A stretch of 64,000 nucleotides of DNA from Azolla caroliniana (taxonomy: Eukaryota; Plantae; Polypodiophyta): NCBI GenBank assembly GCA_043228905.1, contig JBHGNT010000006.1:11408001-11472000 (forward strand), in the 5' to 3' direction. Made by a program: the position numbers and the translations under genes. The notes below the pieces were generated by a model, which was not told the DNA's origin, did not search any database, and saw only the letters and a program-made list of their open reading frames with translations. Shown piece by piece: positions 50,281 to 61,030 of the stretch (the stretch's first letter is position 1; the number at the start of each line of letters is the position of its first letter).

Positions 50281-53200
50281 AGAGCTTCAATGGAGGTTCT
50301 CACTCTCTCTCTACAAGATGCAAGATACAAGAAGATTACGTTACAATGTTAGGGTTGAGCTTTTATACTCAAGCCCTAGTTCAAGGACATGTTCACACTT
50401 AGGATACAAAGTGGAAGGAGTCGGCCTTTTATGCCAACAAAGGGAACCACCATCCACAACTTAGAGGTGTCGTAGTGTTCGTGATTGGTACGCAAAACCA
50501 TGGGTGTTATGAATGAGGAGAGTTCATAAAAGAAAGATAATGTAAGATTGAAGGAGTAGAATTGAGAAAATATATAAAAATATGTTCTACTCTAATTGAA
50601 AATAGAAGATTTTATTTACCAAACTCCAGCTCAAACAAGTTCGGGAGTTTGAGTATCATTCACATTCAATTATGCTTTCAACACATGTTCGATTGAACCC
50701 AATTCTTGCATGGGTTTCCCTCTTAGTTGTATTGTGCACTATCAATTGCGACATTTATTAATAAAGTTCTTGATTATCAAGAGTCGCTACTCACTTTCAC
50801 GTGTATTATGTGAAAATGTTATATTTTGGTCTCATAGGTCATATTTGACCTTGGAAGATTATATAAAATCTATCTATCATCTCTCACCTCATTAAGCCTT
50901 GACCAAAATTCTAAGTTTCTATCTTAGGTATTTGAGTTATATCTTATATATGAGTGTGCTTGATTTAATTTAACTAATAAGAGTGTTGTTGGTATATAAA
51001 TTTCTTATATTTTCTTTAGTTAGGTAACGAATTTGCTAGTTTTGCGAATGTAGGTTAAGCCTTTCATTAACACATTTACATTTGATCACCTAAACTTCAT
51101 TGTGACACTTTGGCGAGGCACATTTTTGTTGTATGTTATGTAGATGAGATGGCCATTTTTACTTGGCAATGAGCCAAAATAGACTAGTGTTCAGGATTGC
51201 CAAAGTATTCTCAAAGTCATGGTATATTTTATGGTGAGGGAGGCTGAAGCAAGATCTAGATGTTGAAACCCTCAAGGAGACCAATAAAAGGACAATGGTG
51301 ACCAACAACAAGCTTCAATATTTCGTTTTATAACTATAATTATTCCATAAATATTGTGGACGATATTTATGGTAGGCCCAAGCAACAAGGTAATAAGGAA
51401 AATGAATCAATCTTAACATAAAAATACATCACAATTGATAAGTGTTTAGGGTATAGGATTCATAGATACATATACCAGAATACATATATATGTAATTGTT
51501 AGAAATATTGAGAATTGATTAGATAGGTATATAGAGTTACAACCACAGAGGTGGATATATGAAAACAAAACTTCTATTACATATGAGAGTAGCTCACAAT
51601 GGTAGTTCACCCATGCATTCACACTTTAGAGCTTAGATGGGATCAATACCAGCTCACTACAAAATTAGTGGGGACTGATGATCAATCCAACCACTGTGTA
51701 AGAAAGTGGAGTATAACATTAAATGTGCAAGTCAATTGATAGTAGTGGAGATATTCCTTTTCTGTTAACTGACTTGTCATTTAATATGACCCAACTCCCT
51801 AGATATAGGCTAGTGCTAGATGGTACTTATCTTGAAGTCAATGGCACATACTTCAAGACTAAGTACATCGTAACTTGCCCACAAAATATTCTAATTGACT
51901 TGATTAGCCAATCCTATTACCTATTTCACTCTTTCCTAAATACATTGTGTCCTACGCATCTACTATTTCCTAGATTAACACATTATCGACCCATATGGTT
52001 GAGTTGCACACTAACCGCTCTTCATTTGGGGTGCTATCACAAAATGTGCACTCTAAGAGCATATATGGGGATAGATTTACAACTTCGGGCTGATCATTGA
52101 TTATATCTAACAGTAATGGCATCCTTCTTATACAAATGCTAATATGCCCCATTGTAATTATTGTCTTAGCTCATGTGTACACAAGGTGGAATATGATATA
52201 TTAAACCTCGATCTAGTGGACCATACATTGACTCCCCCATACATATACATGCTTGAATGCAAACCTAGGGCCACATAGGTAACATAGTTGCATCACATAT
52301 GTACCTACATGAATATCCATGACATATATATTTGTATGCAAGTGTGAAAACATGTAGTGTGTGTGTGTGCTCTCTCTCACACACACCCTCTAAAGAAAAG
52401 GTTTAAAATGCCTTAGCACTAGATACAAGAGGTTTGATATCAACGAAGGTAAACAAAGATGTAAACTTCGCTATAATAACTTAGCCCATAGTTTAGTAAT
52501 TTTAGAAGCTAATTGTAGTGATCTATATTGCTTTCATTTGGAGGTGCTTAAGAGGCAATGCTCCATTGACTCAATCCACTGAGCCTCCTTCGAAAATACT
52601 ACCTTGAATAGTGTCACACAAATTGATGAAACCTCTTGGGTTCGGGAGAATGGTGGAGCAAATTTGCATGTATCCATGTGTAGGAGCACATGCCAAATGA
52701 GTGTGCATAAGATAAAGGACTAAAATGAGAGGGAAAAGACAATTGGGATTCCAAAGCAGAATCTCGAACTTGAGACCTCCATGCTCCTGCCACAACTTCC
52801 ATAATATGCACCTTACAATACATACATAATTTCATTCATTCACAAATACATCCACACAAATACTTTTTGTTATACACATTCATGCAAACAATTACTTTCT
52901 ATCATACACATTCAGTTCTATATATATACATACATACATAGATATGCATACATTTTTGTGCCTTTAAATGAACCATAATAAAGCTTCTGTTTCTTTCATA
53001 TTGAGGTGATGACATTATAATCTCGAGCTCAACATTCCCCTATATTAAACCTAGACAAGAAACAAAGCTCCTTCACCTTGCGTTTCTTTCCGAAAGAAGG
53101 CAAAGAAATCGATCAAGGCAATGCCCATGCAATTTCACACATTTTACATATATAGCCATATATACAAATGAGAGAGACAAAGACAATGACAATCTCTCTT

Positions 53201-53808
53201 GGTTAATGGGCAATCATATCACTTCACCACTTGTCTCAGCTTATTATTAGATTAACTTTATGATGGAATCAAAATTTGTTATTTCTTGACAAAAGCAACA
53301 ATGAAAGCTTTATTCCTATTTTTGGTGCTTATGCAATTTTCAGCTAAACCTCATGTGTTTTCTCTTGTAGATATTGACATTATTCTAGCATTCTTTCAAT
53401 TGAGATGTTGCCAAAACCTTTCCTAAATAAGCAAGTTCATTAATTTCAAAACGTTTCAGAAAGACGGCAAAACTTTTCATTAACAAACATAATAATTCCA
53501 ATACTTGCATATTGTGAAATGCATATACAAGGAATCCAAACTAGCTTTGCCTTGCTGCTTACATCTTGCTCAATTTAAGTTGATACATAGATGCCCATTT
53601 GAGTTGGTTTGGCTACATGTGTGCTAAAAAGGTGGCACAATGGATCAAAGGTACACCACAGCATGAAGGCGTGCACTTGCTCAAAAGGTACACCACAACA
53701 TTGCTGGAAATTCCTAGAGAGAAATATGAAGATACACCGAAAATCATGATAGTTTAGTCAAAATAGCTAAGCTATGACAGTGTTAGGTCATAGGTTGGTA
53801 TATATTAT

Positions 53809-55390
53809 TCAAAATAGTTTTCTTAATTCAGTTGCCTCTTCCACCATTTCCTCTCTTGTACGATCTTTCCTTTGTTCTTCAGCATCCAAACGCTTCTTTA
53901 GTTGTGCCTGCTGAGAAAACAAAAAGGTAAATGTAAGGTGAGACCACCACATTATGACATCAACTAGTAATCAAATGACGATTCATTAACATAGAATGTT
54001 CTGCAAACCTCATCATCAGCATGACCCATATCTGTTGTTTTTTGCAGGTCATCTCCTTTACGAGGTAAAATGTGAATATGGACGTGAGGCACAGTTTGCC
54101 CTGCCTGTGCACCATCCTGTAAAACAAACCCTTGGACAAAATATGTAAATATAATGACATGATAAAAAGCTAACAGCTATAGAGAAATGCACCAACGATG
54201 TTCCTAGTGATTAGTTGCCAAAGTAAACTTGACACAACAAATGAACTGCTTTAAATTCACAATAAGAAAAGCAGGGCAATAAATTAAACAACCTTGCATA
54301 TATTTCTGCAACATCTTATTTCGCACAATACAAGAATTAGCATAAGAGAGAACCTAAATAAGAGGTGGTTGAACCAAACAATCCACTAAAACTGATAACA
54401 GTTCTTTTTCATTCTCGTAAAACCAGATATAACCCAGATTTAATGGTGTCCTGTTCATTATTGTTTTCTCCATGTAATAATGAAGTTTTTCATAAAGACT
54501 AATCAAACCATCTGGGCCGTCAACTAGTGGAAAGGAAGAAAAACCCTGATCTCTTTGAGAAGTCAAAGTTCACCACGAATGACCAATTGAAGACCAAAAA
54601 ATGAAGACTTCACCTGGATGCCGAACGTTACAGAGTTTGCACCATAATGAGGTTCCAATTTAGAAGCTACATTCCTCGCAGTCATCCATAGATCTGTTGT
54701 TTCGGCATCAGTTAAGTTCACCATGCGTGGTACAACGCGCTTTGAGCTCACGAGTACATGTGTGATTTAGTCAAGGATGAACTCGAATCATTCATTTATG
54801 CTAAAACCTTGTATTAATGATATCTTGATCATGAATTGAAAGACACAGACAACAAGTGTTTGTGTGCACTTCCACACCAAATAAAAATGCATGCACAAGA
54901 ATCTTATATGTGATAATTGTACATTTTGTTTAAGTATTCAAGTAGAAATAAAGTTGCCTTACATGTAAAGCCTGCAAAATTGTTTCCACGTGTGTATTCA
55001 CGTAGATAGGAAGTGACTTAGATATGCAAAGATCGTATGTGCTTTATATGCTTCAAGTAAACATGACACATCTTCCATCTGAAAATTGAACTTGTTTTCC
55101 AAGTATTCAAGTATGAATGGAACAAAACCACTACTTTCCTGAAGAGGAAAAAAGAAGGATATGACCTGCATACACAATGCCCATACTTGAGAAAGTAGAT
55201 TTAATAGGAATAGAAACCCATACATGGTCTAAAATTTCAAAGTACATGTCTCTCGGAAATGGTAAAAGAAAAACATCTGACCTGGTACTATTGGCCTCAG
55301 ATTCACAAACGCAAAAGAATATTTGGTTGTAAGAAACACTTCTCCTGTACCGATCTTGTAAGGCCCAAACATAAAATGTTCTTGTGTCGC
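53809..55390 (-). CDS. FHIT: Fragile histidine triad / bis(5'-adenosyl)-triphosphatase (HIT family), 5'-partial
   Basis: Exons 55390-55282, 55165-55163, 54759-54614, 54116-54009, 53910-53809 join in frame: FGPYKI..FAFVNLRPIVPGHVLV..QDGAQAGQTVPHVHIHILPRK..RTREEMVEEATELRKLF*. First exon not located. Confidence 0.9.
54760..55162 (-). other. U12-type (minor spliceosome) AT-AC intron, 403 nt
   Basis: 5' splice site ATATCCTT (55162-55155); branch site TCCTTGAC (54777-54770) about 12 nt before the terminal AC; splicing restores the GHVLV motif. Confidence 0.9.
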
Positions 55391-56153
55391 CTGTTATATA
55401 TGTACACATGTTTTAGAAAGAGTGGGTTAAGGTTCTGTCAGTGATTTCCATCAATAATTTCTTCCAATAATAATGTCAAACAAAAGAATGTCTGAAACTG
55501 TGTATATAATCATTGCAACCCTCATAATGTCATGATTCATTATTCACAACACATAAGAAAGTAAACCATCTTGTATCTACCCTGAGAAGAACATATTGAC
55601 ATAATCTACATTAACATTGACTTCTAGTGCATGTATTAAAGAATGCTTGTTTTTTCTTTAATGCTGACCCCCAATCTTAAATTAACATTCCAACAATCAG
55701 TATCTGATGATACTCAGAGACATAAAAACCAAGAGATTCTACATTTTGGAAATGTTTAGGGTGTAAACCACTTATAGCATTGTACTCTTATTCAACATCA
55801 ACCTAATCCTTCTCAGCATCATGTCCTTGGCATCCTCAATAGTGGCTATAGAATTAATATAAGGAAAATATGTGATGGCGTGGTCTGTTGCTCCAAAACA
55901 CCAAGGGAGCGAGCTGTTGTGTGAGCAGAGAGAAATTAGAGAAAATTGTGTGGAAAAATGGAGAGAAAGATCAAGCTGCTAAAAGTCCCTTATCTCGTTA
56001 TGAGAGATTTGGGACCAATTCTTATTGGTAAGTGACTTTTAGGTCATTAGGGTGTTGGAGGGTAGCAGCTCCAGACCTGCACTCCCTTTCATCTTCATTA
56101 TCTCTGTTCCTATATTCGTCTCTCTCTAGAATCTGCAACTCTTTAAATGGCTT

Positions 56154-56558
56154 ATGAATGTTACTTTGGAAGAAGAAGCAAAGAGGAAAGCTCGTGCATT
56201 GCATGTACGAGTGGTTGGTTGGGCCGAAAAGGGAAGTCCACAAGAAGATGCCAAGAATCTCGCAACAAAGATTGGAGCATCGGATATTCCATTTGCTTCG
56301 GCGTGGAGAGTGGGAAGAGATGAGTCTAGAGCTAAAGCCCTTATCATCCGCTTCATGGATATTGACAAGAAAAAAGCTTTCCTCTCTAAACGAAACGCAC
56401 TCAAGGGTGAAAAGATATACTTAGATGACGATCTCACTCCAGCCCAAGTGGCACACCGCAAAGAAAACATGCCACGAGTGCTTGATGCAAGAAAGGAAGG
56501 TAAATGGGCCGTATATAGAGACGGCAAGGTCATTATTACAGAGAAGAGAACCACATGA
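56154..56558 (+). CDS. LINE ORF1, C-terminal part
   Basis: Basic ORF1-type motifs AWRVGR, ALIIRF and KIYLDDDLTP; stop 6 nt before the ORF2 ATG. Confidence 0.75.
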   Translation: MNVTLEEEAKRKARALHVRVVGWAEKGSPQEDAKNLATKIGASDIPFASAWRVGRDESRAKALIIRFMDIDKKKAFLSKRNALKGEKIYLDDDLTPAQVAHRKENMPRVLDARKEGKWAVYRDGKVIITEKRTT

Positions 56559-56564
56559 CGATAT

Positions 56565-59500
56565 ATGGCCTATGAGACCCTACGTATGACCATATGGAAT
56601 TGCAACGGCTCTCTACGGACAGATGTCGGATATTTTGAAGATACATTGAAAAACACAGATATTGCTATGTATACAGAGACTCACCAATGTATGGCTAGCA
56701 AACTCCCCGAGGTCCAAGGATACAGATGGGAGTCAATATGTCGCCCCCAACCTCGGACACAAGGAAGCACTAGAGGTTCGGGAGGAGTGGCTACGCTATA
56801 CAAAGAGGAGCTCCATGGTAGAGTGCATGTTGTACATAAGGATGTGGATGCACGCTACATGTGGATATGCATAAAAAGAGGGGATCTTAGGGAGCTATAT
56901 ATTGCAATTTGCTACTTTCCACCTGCCTATTCAAGGTTTGCACCTCTAGGTGAATCACCATATCTACCACTATATGATGATATCATAAGATTTGCTACTA
57001 TTAGGAGATTTTAATGCACGAACCAAGGATGAACAAACAACTATATTTAACACCGACGAGGCTGTCTATGGAGAAGTTATGGTGGAAGAGGTTGGTCTAA
57101 AGAGAAAAGCTCAAGATATGAGTGCTATAACTGAATATGGAAAACACTCTCTAGCCTTGGGAAGCGCGCATGGACTTGTGATATATAATGGCTTGTCACA
57201 ATGGCCTGGATCAGATGCTTTGACATGTTGGAACCCAAAAGGGGGCTCAAGCACAGTCGATTATCTAATGGGATCTCCATCTCTTATACCTGAAATAAAA
57301 GTGTTCATTATATCGGGAAGACCTATTGGCTTGGCAGCTGATCATGCATATCTACGCTTTGAGGTAAAGGATGGATGCACAAAGGATGTATATGCTAAGG
57401 AGAGTGGGCTGGCTAGGTATCTATTCACTCGCGAGACAATTGATGTCTATAGTTGTGGTGTATACAATGGCATGCTAGATTTGGATCCTTTCGCACCCCT
57501 TGAAGAACTTACCCAAGGTTTATCCAAATCATTGCACAAAGCAGCCACAAAAGCCTTCCCTCACACAACGGCTAACCCCCCCAAACTCGGTAGAGTAATA
57601 CAAAATAGTTGGTATGATGATGAATGTCGTGATACAAGGAGATGCTTGCAACGTGATATAACTCGGGGCATTTATACATACAACCAAGCGAGAGCAACCT
57701 TCCAACGCCTCGAAAGGAGGAAGAAGAGATTGTATTTGGCTAAATTTGAAGATCATTTGTATCGCTTGTTTCTAGGACGAGAGAGTAAAAGAGCATGGAA
57801 AATGTTTAATGAGAGGCAACCCACCACACAACTGACCTCACCTCAGGTGTGGCATGAATATGCAAAGGTCCTATATGATACCCCGGGGCAACCTCCTCTT
57901 CCCCACCCAAATGCCTCACGCCCACATGAATCAACCTTCTTTACACCACAAAATGTAAGAAATGCCATTGATAGGCTACAATTCGGGAAGGCCCAAGATC
58001 ATGATGGCTTGGTGGGTGAACACTTTATCTATGCCCGTAACACCTTGCTCCCATTGCTAGCACACATCTTTAATAGAGCCATGTGTGAAGGTTTTCCTAC
58101 TAGATGGACTCAGCATACCATTGTGCCAATCCTTAAGAGTGGCGACCCCATGATGCCAAGCAACTATAGGACAATCATGATTGGCCATTAATTGGCTAAA
58201 CTATATGGCTCGATTCTGGAATCAGAATTGAGTATATGGGCAGAGCAAAATGGCTGCCGTTCAATTGGACAGGCAGGCTTTCGGAAGGGTTTCACAACTT
58301 TGGATCACATATTCACCCTCCGGGCCCTTATTGAGGAGGGCAGAGCCCACAATAAGAGGATTTATTGCTGCTTTGTGGATTTTCGAAAAGCCTTTGACAC
58401 TGTGCCACGTGCTCGGCTTATGCAGCGGCTAGAGGCCATTGGTGTTCCTATAGATATGCAATGGGGAATCTATGCACTCTATGAATCTGTTTCAGGAAAA
58501 GTTCGGTCTCCTAAGGGCTTGTCAAAGGCGGTGGCCAGCACAATTGGCGTGAAGCAAGGATGCCCACTATCCCCCACACTCTTCGGTCTCTATATAGATG
58601 AGGTATCACAGTACATAGAGAGATTTGGTGGTTCCGGAGCACACCTAGCAGGTATAGCTATACAGATATTACTATATGCTGATGATATTGTGCTGATCTC
58701 TGACTCTCCGGAGGGACTACAAAGACATCTAAATGCCTTAAAACTATTCTGTACGGACAAAGGTTTGTCAATCAACATGAATAAAACTAAAGTGATGGTG
58801 TTTAACACCACCCAAGCATGGATAACAAGATCAGAACCAGAATTCTTCTTGGGAGAGGAAAAGGTGGAATACACACGCTCCTACACATACCTAGGAGTAA
58901 CATTTACAGGACCTAGGTTCTCCTTACAGGAGGCCGCTTGTGCCCGACTTTCTCGTGGATATGCAGCCCTGGGTGCTCTCGAAAGACAATGTGCACATTT
59001 GCAGTTCCAAGAGCCACGGACTAAGCTATGGTTATTTGATACACTTGTCACACCAACTCTTCTCTATGGAGTAGAGACATGGGGACCGAGTCTTAACAAG
59101 GCAAATCATTGGAAAGATTTAGAGAGACCTTTAGTGTCAATGATTGCTCGCATGATAAGGAGCAAAGCATCGGTGCCCCACGATATAATCCGGGCAGAGA
59201 TGGGAGTAGCACCTATAATAACCGAGGCATTGTTCCGATCAGTGACATTTATCCAACGTCTTTGGGAGCTTCCTAAACGAAGGTACCCAAGGTTGGCAAT
59301 TATGTCATCAAGACAATTGGCTGAAAATGGAGACACTCACTGTTGGTATGCTGAAATGCAACAATGGTTCGAGTCACATGGCATGAGTATAAATGCACTA
59401 CCCCCGTTCCAATATAGCTTGGACTGTCCCCATCTCAATATGACCAAAGTGGAAAAGAATAGAGTGATCCGAACTGATATTATTAACTTAGAAAACAAGA

Positions 59501-60165
59501 TAACATGGATCAGCCCCAAAATAGCACTTGGTACAAAGATGGCCCACTATAAGACACACTTCTTACATACATTGGAGGATGGATTTGTCATAAGGCCACC
59601 TTATATGGACATACATCTATCCTATGCGCTGCGTAGTGTGATAGGGCAGCTGCGAACCTCATCACATCAGCTACAGATTGAGGTGGGCAGATATACACGA
59701 CTACCTCTAGAAGAGAGAATTTGCCAATTGTGTCATCAAGGAGTGGAATCTGAAGAACACTATGTTTGTCATTGTAGTGTCTTTTATGAAATCAGAGGGA
59801 GATACCATTGCCTCTTTAAACAAGGCTTTGGCCCACTACGCAAGGTAATGGAATATGAGGACCAAAGATGCCTAGGACTTTTCTTGCTCGAGCTCAAGAG
59901 ACATCGGGAAAAGTTGTTGAAGAATACAGCCACACAAGCTCATCCACAAAGAACAATCACAACTTTCTTTAGCTCCATCACTCCTAATGCTAGAAGTCAA
60001 CCCCAGGATACAGAAATGGGATCCAGACCAGGATATAACAAAGGGGTTACGATTGATCGGGCAATGGCAATTTGCCGTGCACGTAGGCCCCGGCCCCATG
60101 GACCACGACCTCGACACCCTTGTCATCGACAAATAAAAGCCATTATCTCCCGCCATCGTAGGTGA
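56565..60165 (+). pseudogene. LINE ORF2 (APE endonuclease, RT, C-terminal Cys/His knuckle) with one frameshift (~57000) and one stop (58189)
   Basis: IWNCNG, TETH, LLGDFNAR, VDY; RT QAGFRKG, FVDFRKAFDTV, GVKQGCPLSP, LLYADD; C-terminal RTSSHQLQIEVGRY..ERICQLC..EEHYVCHC. Confidence 0.92.
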
Positions 60166-60735
60166 TTCCCTCGCTTCGGAGACATTTCCATTCTGGATCG
60201 ACCTATGATAGAGATCTTTCGGAGACAAAAGCTACAATACACCTAACTTGAGAATCTCGCATGTGCCAAAAACCAGATTCTCTCGTCTCTTTTCTTTTCA
60301 TCTTATTTACTTTTATATTTACTGTGTAATATTTACTTTATTTTGATTTGTTCTCAAAGACGAGAAAACATTTAAGATGTAATCTCTTATTCGGTCTTAT
60401 AGGCCATTTTGGCCTCTTAAAAGACGTTAATATATCTTTCTTTCTTTCTTTCTTTCTAGAATTTGCAACGCTTTAAATGCCTTTTCTATCTTCCACTTTT
60501 TCCAAGATATTCCCTCTTATTCCTAGTTTATTGTACCTGTTTGGTAGTACAAGAGTCACTTAACTACCAAACAACCATTTCACCCAATTTTGTATAAATA
60601 GGCTATACCAGCCTCTTTTGTAAAGACTTTTACTTTTGTTGCTACTTGCAAACAAGCTTTACTGTTTGGCTGTGTCTCTACTCTTTGCAACCATTTTAGT
60701 TACTGCTGTCTAACAGCCTTCTCACAGCTTGGCTG

Positions 60736-61030
60736 TGTCTATTTTGTTCCAACGATTGTTCCGCTGCTGCTATTAACAGCTTTTCTCACATGGTATCAGA
60801 GCAGTGAGGTCTCCATATCCTCAGCCTGATTTTTTTTGCGAAAGAGCACACATACCGATCTTCTTTTATCCCTCCCTCCCAACTGTCTATTTTGTTCTAA
60901 CAGTTGTTCCGTTGTTGCTATTAACAACTTTTCTCACATGGTATCAGAGCAGTGAGGTCTCCATATCCTCAGCCTGATTTTTTTGCCAAAGAGCACACAA
61001 CCTATCTTCTTTTATCTCTCTCTCCCAACC
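60736..61030 (+). repeat. 148-bp tandem duplication of the LTR end, PBS and leader
   Basis: ttctcacaTGGTATCAGAGC at 60791 and again at 60939. Confidence 0.93.

Larger units (their letters stand above)
56150..60455 (+). mobile_element. 5'-truncated non-LTR retrotransposon (LINE), RTE/RTEX-like
   Basis: 24-bp TSD ctagaatYtgcaacKctttaaatg (56126-56149, 60456-60479; 2 mismatches); (CTTT)5 tail; partial ORF1 plus ORF2. Confidence 0.93.

Noticed and set aside
52755-52800. B-box-like GAGGTCTCAAGTTCGAGA on the minus strand (tRNA or SINE)
   Set aside because: No convincing A box or cloverleaf.
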